NCBI GenBank assembly: GCA_024679065.1
Contig: JAGIQG010000008.1
Span: 85,746,001-85,810,000, forward strand
Length of the DNA: 64,000 bases
Direction of reading: 5' to 3'
Source: Sphyrna mokarran
Lineage: Eukaryota
Shown one piece after another: positions 1 through 13,700 of this stretch. How positions within the stretch are numbered: position 1 is the stretch's first letter; the number at the start of each line of letters is the position of its first letter. The notes below the pieces were generated by a model. The model searched no databases. It was given only the letters and a program-made list of their open reading frames with translations, and was not told the origin of the DNA. Position numbers and translations under genes: made by a program.

Positions 1-957
1 AACGTTGGTTAGGCCTCACTTGGAATACTGCGTCCAGTTCTGGTCGCCGTACTATCGGAAGGATGTGGAGTCCTTGGAGAGAGTGCAGAGGAGGTTTACC
101 AGGATGCTGCCTGGTATGGAAGGACTGTCTTATGAGGAACGATTAAATAGACTGGGGTTGTTTTCCCTTGAAAGACGTCGGCTTAGAGGGGATCTCATAG
201 AGGTGTATAAGATTATAAGGGGTATAGATAGAGTAAATGGAGGTAAACTTTTTCCGCCTTTAGAAATGGATAGGACGAGGGGTCATGGCCATAGGGTGAG
301 GGGGGCTATGTATAGGACAAATATTAGAGGGCAGTTTTTCACACAAAGGGTAGTGGGGGTGTGGAATGCACTGCCGAGTAAGGTGGTGGGAGCAGGCACA
401 CTGGGGCTGTTTAAGGGTCTCTTGGACAGCCACATGAGCGGTATGCAGATAGAGGGATATAGTAGGACTGTTTAACTACGGCTTTTTCCACAGGTAATTC
501 GGTCCATACTTGACCAACATTGAGCATGCATTCGGCAGGTGGTGCGGGTACAGCTCTTGGATGTTGATTCATGGGTTGCCTGGTACTTCATGTCGTAAAT
601 GAGTGCTTTATGTGGACCATCTGAAGGGCACCATGACAGCTCAGAGACTATTGATGTGGCTGTGCAGACACTTGGAATTGGGCTGGTGTCTGCGGGAGTT
701 TGCGCGTTCTCCCCGTGGTTGCGATGGTTTTCTCCGGGCACTCCGGTTTCCTCCCACAACCCAAAAATTCGCTCTTAGGCTGATTGGGAAACAAATTGTC
801 CCTATAGTGTGAATTTTCCATATTAGGAATAATATATATAGTATATAGGAATAATATAATAGGATAATGGATTTGCTACTATATAGTTATGACGGCGGCG
901 CGGGCTCGTTGGGCCGAAGGGCCTGTTTCCCATGCTGTGTTGCTCTTAAAAAAAAAA
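1..957 (+). mobile_element. CR1 LINE 3' part (RT C-terminus, ORF 5-475) plus ~480-nt 3' UTR containing a V-SINE-like body
   Basis: ORF has the CR1 signature VRPHLEYCVQFWSP...RLRGDLIEVYKI...FFTQRVVGVWNALP. It is followed by a V-domain-like segment (gtctgcgggagtttgcgcgttctcccc...tttcctcccac) and the CR1 terminal hairpin ggctcgttgggccgaagggcctgttt. Confidence 0.9.
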
Positions 958-989
958 GATTTTCTATTTTTCAGAGAAGGTGGTGATAG

Positions 990-1500
990 ACATAAGATGT
1001 AGAAGCAGAAGTAAGCCATTCGGCCCATCAAGGTGCCTCATCATTCAATGAAATCATGACTGATCTGATAAATAATCCTCAACTCCATTTTTTTGCCTTA
1101 TCCCCATAACCTGTGATTCCTTTATTGATTAAAAACTTATCTATCTTAGCCTTGAACATATTTAATAAGCCGGCTTCTACAGCCCTCTATGGAAAGAATT
1201 CCCTTGATTCAGTAATGTCTGAGAGAAGAAATTCCTCATCTTTCTCTTAAATGAGCAACGCCTTACTCTGAGAATATGCCCTCTGGTCCTAAACTCTATC
1301 ACAAGGAGAAACAATCTCTCAGCATCTATCTTGTCAAATCCCTTGAGAGTCCTATTTGTCTCAATATGGTCACCTCTCATTCTTTTAAGCTCCAATGACT
1401 ACAAGCCCTACCTACACAAATTCTCTTCTCCATGCCCTTTGAAACAAAGACCAATATTCCATTTGCCTTCCCTATTACTGGCTGAAATTGCATGCCAGCT
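990..1500 (-). mobile_element. Decayed CR1 LINE 3' fragment
   Basis: ORF 1177-1395 (KRMRGDHIET...RTRGHILRV...FFSQ) matches the CR1 RT C-terminus; CR1 tail at ~990-1040. Confidence 0.8.
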
Positions 1501-2002
1501 TTTTGTGATTTATGATCCCCAAATAAATATTCTGCTTGTGTTCTCCTAGTGAGAATAATGGCAACCTCGGAATGTTTTACAGAATGGAATTCTAATTTGG
1601 GGATTAGTTAGAATAATTTTACAAGCCTTGAATCTTAGAAGGTGTTTTTAATCAGTTTTGTATGCTTCTTTATGAGAATTGAGCAACTTGGTAGTTATAC
1701 TGAGGACCAATGTACTGTTAAAGTCTGTCATAAACTTGCATGAAGCCATCAGAGAAGAATTTGTATTGGTTGATTGGGAAATAAGCTTGTGCTGCTGCAG
1801 TATAGTGTGAAATATGAGTAGAGTGACTACATCTCAATTTAATAATAGTTTAATAATAACCTATTGTCGTCATCAGTTTTGCCCATTTGTCATTGTACAT
1901 TGTGTTTGTAGAATCAAATGGAGAACGTATTTTATCCAGAAGCAGGATTTCCTTTGATTTGTGAATAATTTTCATTTTTGCATTCCCACCAAGTTTTATT
2001 TG

Positions 2003-2273
2003 ATTTATTGGTGTCACAAATAGACTTGCACTAACACCGCACTGAAGTTCCTGTGAAAATCAAGCACACTGTGACACCTGTTTGGGTATACTGAGGGAGA
2101 ATTTAGCATGACCAGTGCATCTAACTAGCATGTCATTTAGAATGTGGGAGGACACCGGAACACCCAGAGGAAACCTACAGAGACATGGGGAAAATATGAA
2201 AATTTCACACAGACAGTGACCCAAGCAGGAAATTGAACCTGGGTTGTTGATGCTGTATGTCACCATGCCGCCC
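2003..2273 (-). mobile_element. tRNA-derived V-type SINE (variant with ...cttcattgcagtgttaatgtaagcctacttgtgacac tail)
   Basis: V-domain (tgtgggaggacaccggaacacccagaggaaacc on +) and a tail shared with copies at 37539, 44835 and 53630. Confidence 0.8.
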
Positions 2274-2400
2274 ATTGTGGGGATCATTGGAATGAAGATT
2301 TAACATTTCTTCAATCTCTGTTTCTTTGCTACTAAATATTTTATGCTATGATTTGTAGCATTGCTTACACTGAAATATATCTTCATGCAATGTTTTATTT

Positions 2401-2850
2401 CAAAGAACAAAACACCACGGGAAACAGGCCCTTCGACTCAACGAGCCCGCATCGCCACCTAGATGTTTCCACTTCTACCCGTGATCCTTGTCTATGTTTA
2501 CAGGTCTATGTATTGAAACCAAATTTGAGACAATTTAGGAGAATTTGTTCTGCTAATTAGCTTAAGAGCACATCTTTGGGATATGGAGGAAACCGGAGCA
2601 CCCGGAGAAAACCCATGCAAGCTTGGGGAGAATGTGCAAACTCCCACAGACACAGGCCCAAATTCATGTATCTGCATAGCACAGCGATAGTCACTGAGCT
2701 GTCGTGTTGCCCATCAAATGGTCCAGGTCAAGCGTACACTAACGACATGAAGCACTAGGATACTCTTGAAAAATCCAAGAACAGCCTTCTCACGACTCAT
2801 CGCGTGTATGCCCCTTGTTAGACAACAAGGCGGACCAAAGTACCTGTAAG
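2401..2850 (-). mobile_element. 5'-truncated 3' UTR copy of the V-domain-containing CR1 family
   Basis: Aligns by eye with 476-957, 28227-28690 and 59208-59537; ends in the (ttctttg) tail. Confidence 0.8.
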
Positions 2851-3659
2851 ATCAGATCAGATTTAGATCCGAATTATACTGTAAATGACAGAATCTACTC
2901 CACGTTTATTTGCCAACTTCATTAGACAAATAATCACCAATGGGAACATATAGCAGAGAAGTTAAAAAGAAATTGCCATTGCTTAAGGTAGCAGGCAAGA
3001 GATGGTGAGCAGGTGCAATATTTTGGTCTAACCAAGATTAAAAAAAAGTGTAGAAATTGGAAAATATAACATTACTTAGTCCTTTGCCTCAATTTGTTAT
3101 ATGGGTGAATTAGTATCCTTTAATCCGCCTGCGTGTTCAGTTGGACATTGAAAGTCCCATAACACCCTTTAAGAAGAATGGAGAGTTCTTCTAGCATCAT
3201 GTAATAGTGATTTTTCCAAACCCACAGAAAATGCCCAGAAAGATGTTGATTTTGGCATTTTTTTCCATGAGAATTGCAATTTCTAATTGAGACAGTGATT
3301 TCCAAATACAGCCTATTTTTAAGAAGCTTGATAGTTCATTTTCTTTGCATCACAGAATTCTTATTTTGTATTAGTTATGATTAATTTAGATCATTTTGTC
3401 ATTTTCTGGATTAAACATATTCAAAATTCACAAAAGGGTATGCCTATTTTGGCTGACTATTGCCAAATATCTTCATTCTGTCTACCAGTACAGTCCTACA
3501 AATGAGGTGTCAACCTGATGAAACTGCAATGCAGAAGTACTTATTTGCCAAAATGCAGAATCAGCATACATCTGAAAGAGCAAAGCAATTCTACAACCAA
3601 CAGGTCAGCTCAATGCTCTGTGGTCTGGAACATCGTGCAATTATCTTTTCCTGAATGAA

Positions 3660-4690
3660 TATTGGTGGATAATAGACAACAAACAGGAGGAGGAGGCTCC
3701 GCAGGTATTCCCATCTTGAATGATGGAGAAGCTCAGCCCATCAGTGCAAAAGGTAAGGCATTTGCAACTATTTCTGGTAACTGATCCATTCAGCTTCCTC
3801 TAGAGGTTTCCAGTATCACAGATGCCAGTCTTCAACCAAGGAGATGCCGAAGGCATTGGAAGCTGCAAACGCTATGGCTACTGACAATTTCCAGCAATGG
3901 CACTGAAGAATTGTGCTCCAGAATTTGCCGTGCCCAGGCAAGCTGTTCAAATGCAACTATAACAATGTCATCTCTAGCAATGTGGAAAATTGCTCTGGCA
4001 TGTCCTGTCCATAAAAAGCAGGACAAACACAATCTGATCAATTAATGTTTCATTGGTATACACTCGATCATCAGCATAGTGACGGAAGGTGTTGTCGAAA
4101 ATACTATCAAGTGACACTTGCACAGCAATAAACGGCTCACAGATGCTCAGTTTGGATTAAACCAGGAGCAGTCAGCACCGACCATAACCTTAATACAAAC
4201 ACGGGGACATAAGAGCAAAACTCAAAAGGTTAGATGAGGATAATCACCCTTGACATCAAGACTATATTTGTCCTAGAAAAACTGAATAAATGAGAACCAG
4301 AAGGAAATTTGTTTTCTGATGGTTGGAATTATACCTAGCACAACATTGTTCGAGATCAATCACTCATCCCTGGGACATTACTGCAGGAGTTCCTCTGAAT
4401 TCTGTGTCCAATCATCTTCAAGTGCTTCATGAGTGACTTTTTCTTCTTTATAAGATCTGAAGTGAGGATTATGGATGATTGCGTAATGTTCAGCGCTATT
4501 CATGACTCCTCAGATACTGAAGCAATTCATGTCCACATGCAATAAGACTATGACAATATCTCGCGTTGCATTGATAAGTGCAATTAACATTCATTCCATG
4601 CAACCGCCAGGCAATGATCACCTCTAACAGGAGAGAATCCAACCTTTAACATTCACTCTCTACACCACCGACGCACAGTGGTAACAGTGT
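3660..4690 (+). mobile_element. Old L2/CR1-clade LINE fragment
   Basis: Degenerate RT-region sequence (ggaggaggctcc...catcttgaatgatgg; tgtggaaaattgc; gcaggagttcctc); same family as 34290-35445. Confidence 0.6.
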
Positions 4691-5659
4691 ATACCGCAGT
4701 ATCAATATATATATCTTTCATATTATATATGTTTAGATTTCATGATTGATTCCTGAGAGAAAATAAATAATGGTCTCAGGTGCTGAATTTTTCAGCATCA
4801 TTTATATCACATTACATTATTAACTAAGTTGCATTGTATAATCTATCCCTTTTTTTTGAAAGCACGTTATAATTTTTGAAGTGAAATTACAATATTGTAC
4901 AATGTATACGGGTAATTGCCTATCCCTCTTGGTTTTTTGTATATAGTTAAATGTTTATTCCCAAATAATTAGGTATATATGGTTACGTATGTTCCTGTGT
5001 TCCTGTTCATTCGATGTAAAATGCTTTTGATTTTTTTTTTGATTAATGAAATCAAACCAGTGCGAATTGTTTCAATCTTACGAGTACTTCAAAAACAAGA
5101 CTGGTACATATGTATTAGTGAGAAGAGCTGTACGGTGAGATCATAAGATAAACATCCCATGTGATATTCTATCTGCAAAATACAACCATGTGATTGAAAG
5201 CATGTCATTCAATGTTTTGCAATAGATTAAGAGAAATTATGTGCTCTGGTGTCAGCTCCTGAGCAAAACGTGGGTGAATAATATAAGCACCGCCTGGTGG
5301 CTGACTTGCATAAAGGCTCTGTCAGTCTTGAGAGAAATGGATGTTGACTTGGCAAGGACTCTCCCGAATCCCCGCCCGAAAACCTGCTTAAACAACCACT
5401 TCCTCCATTTAGGTAGGACCTACCTTGCACTTTTGCTAAAGTTATGGTGGGTGATGGAAAAACAGTGGAAGTTAACCCTAGATTCAATTCCCGATTTCTG
5501 TCGAACTGCTTGATTTCAACTCAATAGTCGCGACAGCAGAGAAAATGATTCTTCGTACTCTCGATCTCTTGTGGGAATTGGAGACGTCTTTAAACGTTTC
5601 ACAAATTATAAAACTCGGCAGATAATAGCTGTGTACATATCTGCTCGAAATGTTATATT

Positions 5660-6180
5660 AAAAAAATTAATACATTGTATACAACATGTTATTATGTACT
5701 AAACTTCGGACACTGGAGAGTGTGCAAAAACATATTTTTATCGGGATAATACAAGAAGTGTGAGGTTAATCCTGTCAGAAAGAATGAACAGGCTGAAATG
5801 AGAAAGCTGAGGGTTGACCCAGTGAAAGTTTTAAAAGTATAAAATATATTTCGTAGAGTAGACGCAGAGAGTGAGTTCCCAATAGTTGGAAAGAGCAAAA
5901 CTAAATGCCGTTAATGTAAGCTAAGAAAGTCAGAATACCGAGGAAAACTCCACACTAATCTATGGATCTGGCTGCTAAAATGAGGTTAATATCTTGATGC
6001 ATGAAAGGGAAAATTGGATAAGCAAGCAGAGAAGAGGGGAGAGGGTTGGTGGAACAGGATAGAGGGCTATGATGAGAGAGTTAGGCGAGAAGAGGATGGG
6101 AGAACGTCCCAAATGAACCCTAACGGCAACATAGATTGCTGGACTGCCCGGCCCTGTCCTGTTCTGCATAGTACTCCACA
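5660..6180 (+). mobile_element. Highly decayed CR1 3' fragment
   Basis: Residual RLRGDL-like segment (gctgagggttgacccagtgaaagtttt) and a degenerate CR1 tail. Confidence 0.45.
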
Positions 6181-7589
6181 TAATGTAACACTTCATTTCG
6201 AACGACCTCTTGAACGGATGCAGCACTGGGTAGTGAGGCTGGAACCTGCCTCAGAAAACAGGCAGCAGATTGACAAAGAAACCGAGTGGGTGAAGGATTT
6301 GTTGGAATAAGCTTTTCGACCAAATGTAGTCGAAAACAACTTACCTGTTCCAATATTAATAAATGATCGACGCGTGTAATATTTAAAAAACGAGCGTTGG
6401 ACCATCTCGCTTGCGAAATTAGTTGAATCAATTTTGCAAACCGGGGAGGTTTTGTACAGAATCAAGAAATGCACTGTGTCCAAAGTGTTTGCAGTCTGAG
6501 CGACATCTTTACACACGGCTCTGGGATCGAGTGGAGTTAAATAACGCTGAATGAAGATTGGGATAAAGATCTCCCCCCACCCCGCTCCCCACCCCCGCCA
6601 TTCCCTTATGCTGAGCTTTGATCTCTGGCTATTTCTGTTGGCCTGCGGCTAATGTCATTCACAGAAGGCCTAAAGTCCCCGCGGGTTAAGATATCAAATT
6701 ATTCACATTTGTTTTAAAACGATATTAAAAATGACACGCACAAAGTCCCCAAGCCGTTGTAACCCCGAGTCCATCCTCTAAACACACAATTATGAAAGTA
6801 GTCTTTACAAAAACGACTTAAACCAGCATTAAATCCGTTTCTCGGGATTGTTTGCAAATTTGAATGAAGGTTGCTCACTGTTCCCCAGACTAAATGTTCT
6901 CTGTTTCCAACTACATTTTAATTTGGCTAAAACACGCTTTTTTGGGAGAGGGGAGGGGGCTAATGACCTGTTGCTTTTACTCGGACACTTGGTTTGTTTG
7001 ACTGCGTCTCTGGTCTTTGTAATATTGACGAGGATGAATTAAATTGGAGCGCCGCGGTTTACAGTGTGCCATTATTTTGGGATCCTTAGCAATGTTTTGG
7101 AGATCACGTTGCGCCAATCTATCCATTCTGCTTTGAAAGGCACATTTCAGCGACCTTGGACTTGATGAATTCCTGCTGCTAAGCCTGGTCTCTGGAGCTT
7201 GTTTTTTTAAAAAAAAGGTGTGGGGGGCTTCAGACTGAAGGCTTTAGTTTTACATGTCCGAACGATTGTGAGCGGTAGATGAGATCAAGATAGTTCGAGA
7301 GCGATAAGGGTAATATATTCCATGCTTACCAACTACTTTTGTTAATTTCAGAGTGTTCGGAATAAGAACATGGGACTTAAGCCGGGTTTTATTTTAACAT
7401 CGGTTTTTTTTTCATTATAAAACAAATTCAATGGTCACTGCCACTTGTAAGACTAGAAAGCATTTTCACTTCTGGTCTTTCGCAAATCTACAGGACGTCT
7501 GACAGCCATCAAAATGTTTTGTTGAAATGTAAGGTTGCCGATAAATTTGAGACTTGGGTCAACTGATGTGATTTGGATTGTGTTCACAA

Positions 7590-7810
7590 AATTATTGCGG
7601 TGCAGAAGGAGGCCATTTGACCCATCATGTCTGCACCGGCTCTCCAAACGAACATTATGGCTCAGTGTAATTCCCCTACCTTTTCCCCGTACCTTGCACA
7701 TTGTTTCTATTCAAGTAATCATCCAATGTCCGCTTGAATATCCCTGTTGAACCTGCCTCCACCTACAATTCCAGGCGGTGCATTCCAAAGTGAGCCACTG
7801 GCGGTGTAAA
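7590..7810 (-). mobile_element. CR1 3' tail fragment
   Basis: gcagaaggaggccatttgacccatc...tgcctccacc...gcattcca, the typical reverse-complement CR1 end. Confidence 0.65.
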
Positions 7811-8168
7811 AAAAACGTTTTGACTTGAAAGTTAAATAGGGACTAGGATACCAGGAAAATTCCATTGGATTTTATCTACTGAAAACAAGGCAAGGAGTTA
7901 TAATATCAGCCGGTACCGCCGACAGTGCAGCACTCTCCCTCAGTGACAGTCTCAATTAGAAGCTCTGATTGGGAATGGTGGAGACAACTCAAAATGCTCT
8001 CAAACGGAGGCACAGTCATACAGTGTGCCAAACAGTCCTCTGAATCAAATCTCTGCTTATTTCTATGTGATTTAAACACTCACAGTTAAACTTCTCATTG
8101 TTACAAGTCACCGGCAGGAGTACTAGAATTACTGCAGAAAAGCGAAAACTATTTTTTATAAATATCTT

Positions 8169-8174
8169 TTTATT
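8169..8174 (-). terminator. Candidate myod1 polyadenylation signal AATAAA
   Basis: tttatt on + strand, ~460 nt downstream of the stop, at the end of an AU-rich 3' UTR. Confidence 0.55.
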
Positions 8175-8636
8175 TCGTATTTCTTGAAACAGTCTTGGCA
8201 TTCACACAGATAATATATATAAATATATAAATTTAGTTTGGCACATCAAACCAAGCATTTCTATAAACAAGCGACATTAAATATTTCAATGGTTGGCAAA
8301 AGGCAACTCTTATTTACAAGTATACACAAAGCTTTACAAAAAAATGGTCCACGTTGTGTTTTGTATATTTTGATTTTTTTTCTTGGGATGCATTTCAAGA
8401 AGAAAAAATAGGGAAAAAAAGAAACACGTTTTTGTTCCTAAATGCAGACAAGTATTAAACTTTTAGATTTTAGTACATGTGATTGGAGATTCTCAGTCTG
8501 TTCTTGGACGACTTGTTCCCCCCACCCCCTCCCTTTTTGGTTAGGAAACATTCTCTCCAGTGCCGCCTTCTCTTGAGCCGGGTTCAATCCTCATCGCCGA
8601 TGTCCAGAGCCGGGGCTGGCCGTCGTCCTCGGTCCT

Positions 8637-8878
8637 CTATAACACCTGATAGATGGGGTTGTCAGTGGGAATCTCGGTGCGGGTCCCACTGTCGGGCGAT
8701 GGCATCATGCCTGTGGGGTCGTTCAAAGTGGCCCCTTCCCGGGGAGATGTGGGACTCCCCATCGTGCCACCGGGGACTATCATCACCGGACACGTGGGAC
8801 GATCCGTGCAAATCCTTTCGACGATGTTGGAGAGACAGTCCAGGCTTGAAATGACGGAACTTTTGCCTGTTCTCGAAT
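8637..8878 (-). CDS. myod1: MyoD1 coding exon 3 (helix III; ends IYQVL*)
   Basis: Acceptor ttgtgttttag|AT. Phase-1 join gives D-SRTGKSSVISSLDCLSNIVERI...PIYQVL; stop TAG at 8639-8637. Confidence 0.97.
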
Positions 8879-9391
8879 CTAAAACACAAGACAATGAGAT
8901 GGTCAAAGACTCGACTGAACGGAGCTCATGAGCCAAAGAGCTATAGAAATAGCACATCATTTCGTAACTACCGAATCGAATCCAACTTCCCAACTAATAC
9001 AGAGGGAATAAAGGTAAAATCCTGACACTAGAGACAAAATCATTCCTGTTTCATACTGGAGGGCAAAAAATATAAATGCAGTGTGGGAAGTATTTCTGAA
9101 AAACAAATAGTCTTTCATGATTTCCCTCCACACCACTTGTCAGATGTGTCAAATTGAGAGCGTTTTGCTTTTCTCTCCCTCCCGCCCCCCCGCCACTACT
9201 AAATGTAACGTTCTTAAACACGACTCCATACACAGGATTTACACCGAACATTTGGCTGGGAATTGGTCAGCGGATGGTTAATGCAGCTTCTTTCTCAGGG
9301 TGGGATCCCGCTGCGTGTGATTTGTTTGACTTATTTTGTTGTTTTTTTGTCCCCCTCACCCAGCCACCCACACACAATCACACTAACTCAC

Positions 9392-9467
9392 CGTTTGGCG
9401 TTTCCGAGAAGTAGGTGTTGTCGAGGTGACTGCGTCTCCTGCTGCACGTGGGGCCGCTGTAATCCAA
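9392..9467 (-). CDS. myod1: MyoD1 coding exon 2 (LDYSGPTCSRRRSHLDNTYFSETPN)
   Basis: Acceptor tttgtttctgcag|TTG and donor AACG|gtgagt; 76 nt; keeps the frame between exons 1 and 3. Confidence 0.95.
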
Positions 9468-9888
9468 CTGCAGAAACAAAACACAAGGAAAAGTAGACAA
9501 GGGTCAGTCACAGTGTACCTTGCAATGATGTGTCCAGCGACTCGTGTGATGTCCGGCAACTGAGAGGTTTAAAACGGTTCCTATGAGATGGGAATTAAAC
9601 CGCATTCTTGCATCTGTTTTTTAAAGTACAGACAAAACAGTCTGGAAATCTGCCAGTAAACATTCCTTATATACAAGGAGTATTAATGTTTATATTTTTA
9701 TTTTGGTGGCGTCTATTCACAATAAATCGTGGCAAACAAAACCTTGAAAACACTTTTAGTCGTCAGAGATCAATTGTTCAAATGTTAAAGAAGGAATTGA
9801 GTTAACACTTTGCACTTCATTGACCCTATCCTATTCAATATTGATATTGTGGACGTATCTGTCCAGATATCCATCAGACATTTCTTAC

Positions 9889-10398
9889 CATTCCATCTGA
9901 GCAATTGGATCGCGGGCTGGAGGCGTCTGAGTCCACACTGTATTGATCCATAACTGAGAAGTAGTTCTCGTCCTGCTCTCTCAGGAGGGCTTGCAGGCTC
10001 TCGATGTACCTGATGGCATTTCTCAGAATCTCCACTTTGGGCAGCCTCTGGTTGGGGTTGGTGGACGTGCACCGCTTGAGCGTCTCAAATGCCTCGTTCA
10101 CTTTGCTGAGGCGCCTCCTCTCCCTCATGGTGGCCGCTTTCCTGCGGTCAGCGTTGGTCGTTTTCCTCTTGCAAGCCTTGCAAGCCCAGAGCAAGCAGCG
10201 ACCGGCTTGGTGGTGCCCACTCGGGGCTCGAATGTGCTCGTCCTCGGACGGCCCCTGGTCGGGTTTGAGGAGCCCGACGTGGACTAACCTGGGGTCTAAG
10301 TCCTCGAAAAAGTGGATGTCCGAAGTGGAGAAGCAGGGATCATCGTAGAAGTCATCGGCAGAGGAGAAAGAGCACAGAGAGGTGTCCGTTATCTCCAT
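9889..10398 (-). CDS. myod1: MyoD1 coding exon 1 (N-terminal activation domain, His/Cys region, bHLH)
   Basis: [52 protein letters not shown]...[26 protein letters not shown]|gtaaga. Total CDS 828 nt = 275 aa + stop. Confidence 0.99.
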
Positions 10399-10559
10399 GA
10401 TGGGAGAGAGGCGATCTGGGATCCTAATAAACTTCTCTTTAAAAGGATCTGTCTGTCCCCCTTTATTTTCTCGTTTCCTCTTTGATAGTGTTTTGATTGT
10501 GTTGCCTTTGGCTGTGTCGCTCGTACCGATCGGTACCTGTGCTCAGTGCAATGAAAGTT

Positions 10560-10700
10560 TTGCCCTATTTATTCCCAACTCTGGGGGTTGTGGAGTTGAA
10601 TCCTCGAACGCCCCAAATCTCCCATGAACCAATCAGATAGCTGTGGGGGGCGGCTGCCTTATTCAGGGTCCGGGGTTTCCACCTTCCCCATTGGCCCTGG
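10560..10700 (-). promoter_or_regulatory. myod1 proximal promoter
   Basis: ATAAATA TATA-like box (10572-10566 on -), CCAAT boxes (10629-10633 on +, 10694-10690 on -) and a GC box ggggcgg (~10647-10653), ~170-300 nt upstream of the ATG. Confidence 0.75.
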
Positions 10701-13700
10701 CTCTCTGTGGCTGGGTCACTCAGCCAGTCTGCTTAGTGTTAGACCATTCAACATAAAGCCCCCTCTACAAAAATAAAATACTTTCCGACTTCTCCTTCTG
10801 CCAGAATGACAAGTGCAATTTCCTTGAGCGTTTATTAAAAACAACTTATGTTAACCACTTGCGTGCATCCGTTGATTTTATTTAATGTTTCGAAAGGTTA
10901 AACTCTAACAGTGCTCCATTTCTATTTTAAACATCGCCGGCATGGCTTTGCTCATTTTTTAAAAAACACGTTTTTTTCGCATGTTTCCGTTAAAAGACGC
11001 GAACGAAATGAGCAGTGTTAAAGAGTCCCGGAACTCGGCGTTGTTTCTACATTAACTAACACTTTCAAACGAACTTCAATTAAACAGGGCAACTCCTGTG
11101 CAATCCGTTTCTTCGATGTGAACTGGTGGATGGAGAGGTAAATTATTTTGTGGTTACATCGCCCGTATCTCACGAAGCAATTGCATTTGCTTGAAGTGGA
11201 ATTATTTAGAGTATTACTTTTTAAAAATCTTTTAATCTTGTGGAAGGAGATTATCCTATTATTAAATTAAATCTAGTGTTTACATTTTAATTCTAAAATG
11301 CAGACGCATTGTGTAAAGACTAGAGAACTGTATTTTCCACTTATCTAAAGAATTTGAGATGCTGTTGAACGCTAACATCTATTTTATAACCAGATAGAGA
11401 AAAGAGTGAAAAAAACAGGGTGATTTTGCACTTTTTAATAATCTTTGTAGCCGATGACATGAGGATAGAATAACATCCTCGGTGTCTGGTTCAAAGAGGT
11501 GTATGAAAAGCAGAATGCCGCCTTCCAGAAGCGGTGCCTTCAATCCAAGCGGAGAAATTATTACACCCGTCTCCCCATCACCTCCCATGTCCCAATCCCA
11601 GGTGCAGGATATAAACTGGCAGGTTGTTTGCCAGGTCGCTTTTCCGTTATGTGTAGCAACGTGAAGCCCTTTCCTCGGGATCTCTGCCGCCAGCAACACT
11701 GGAGATTTTGGGTAAATCCGATAGATGGAGTTAACTGTCCAATGACTGATCTGTCCATAATAACAGTCCACCACCGTTCACCAATAAAAGCAGGCGAGTG
11801 CACTCCGCGTGGAATCCCCATAAGGTTTTCCCCTACACTTACGTGTGTGAATAACTATCACTCTCTGAGGGCTAGCTTTTAGTGGCTGGCTGAAATGTAA
11901 ATGCCACGCGCTGTTCTAATGAAACAGTATTTTATTTCTTTAAGACATATCTTCCTTTTGCTCATATAGGGTTGTGTGTCCGAATCCATTTCCCTCTGTT
12001 GCTCTGTCGATGTTTACATGATGCTATGTGCTCGGGTGTACCACGCGCGTTGCCCTTATCCACTGTGTGGAGGAATCGAGTGAAATCCTTGATCTCGTTT
12101 GGCCATGAATCCAATTCTGCTTTTAGTAATCGGCCGCTTTGTGCGGATCTGTTACTCCTTTTTCACTTTCTTGAATTTTACCTGAAGGTGCACATTTTTG
12201 CATTTTCAGTGAAGGACACCCCCCAAACTTGGTAACTGATGTGGGAGAGTGAGCTAGTACAGAAGTCGCCAGCTGTTTAGAACTCAGCAGCAGTGAGAAG
12301 GCAACAGTACAAGAGGAACGTCCCATCCATTCCCACATCACCTCCAAATCCGCTGACTCCAATGCTCTCCTGGATTACTTTTCAGGTTATCCAAAAACCC
12401 TCTTCCTATATCTTTCCCTAGTTCCGTCCTCAACCCCTCATATTTTAATATTCCCCTTTTAATGCATTCACGACATCGCCAGTCTGTAACCTTCTGTAAT
12501 ACAGCCTCTCTGGCCCTCTCCCTTCACCGGCCGTTAGTGGCGCCCGGCCCTCACTCTCCAAAGTTCCTCCACCTCCAACTTCCAGCTGAAGATTTCGTCT
12601 TTTTCCTTCCGATTGTCGGTCACTTCTAACCCCTCCTTCGGTTTGGACCAATTTTCTTAGCGCCCGTGTGAAGGACGTTTTTCTGATATTCATTAAGGAT
12701 TGTCATTATTATCACGCGAACCTGGCAATGGAACAATACCCGACAATGTGAGGCATACAATTACACTCAAACAATCTGCCAGGGCTCCCACTGAATAAAC
12801 AGGAACGTTTGCGAATTTCCACTTGTCTGCCTGACACTTCGTGGGATTATTTTCCTCCCCATGGCTAGCTCCGATATCTTGAATTGTATCTTCCCAAAAG
12901 CCCAGGAAAGAATTTCGACTTCCCAAGATAATGGAGCGATTACCCTCCCGTGTTCACTGTCTCCCCGTCAGAAGTCATCAACCGGCCAACTCAAATTGGC
13001 ACTGCCAGTTTACAACCTCCTGCTGCTACAGGTATTTAATGAGACTTACGCAGCACGTTTGAGAGATTCCTGCAGTAACTTGGGAATGGCCGGGGCTGCG
13101 AGCTGGAATTGTACCTGTGGAGGCAACTCTACACAACTTGTCTTCAGTTATTCATTTTTCGTCAATAACTTAAATAATATGTTTTTAAGAGATATATTGA
13201 TTCTGTCAATGACTGAGGTAGACAACGATAGAATGTTTATGGAAACATTCTGCGAGATGAATTTTAACCCATTACGAGTTACAGATGAACAAGTTGAATG
13301 CACGGCACCTGCCAATTTTAGGACATAAATTAAACCAAGCACTGATTTTCTCAGAGTTTTTATTTGATTCTGGGCACAAACAAGTCTAGGGTATCTCAAC
13401 CATTGTAAAACAGGGAGATGAATTCCACTGATATAAACGCATATATATACAAACCCACCCAGAACAACCCTAGAAACACAATTCATCTCGTTGCTGGCAC
13501 ATGGCGATTGGAGAGGCAGTTTGTGAGCCAGTTCCTCAATACAGTTTATCGAACCAATTGTAAACTCCTCCTTCGATGGAGTGTTAAGCGAGACTTTTAT
13601 AAAGGAGCTATATGAAAATATTTAGAAAATAGCTTTCAAAAAACTCTGTTTTCAGAAAATATATATTGCGATAGAATCGTTCGACTTCTCAATAGGTGGA

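Noticed and set aside
8879-8993. In-frame upstream extension of myod1 exon 3, or an alternative acceptor at 8941
   Set aside because: The upstream AG would add 62 nt and shift the frame. The open frame through the intron end is likely chance.
8483-10348. Plus-strand ORFs overlapping myod1 exons
   Set aside because: Antisense shadows of GC-rich coding sequence.
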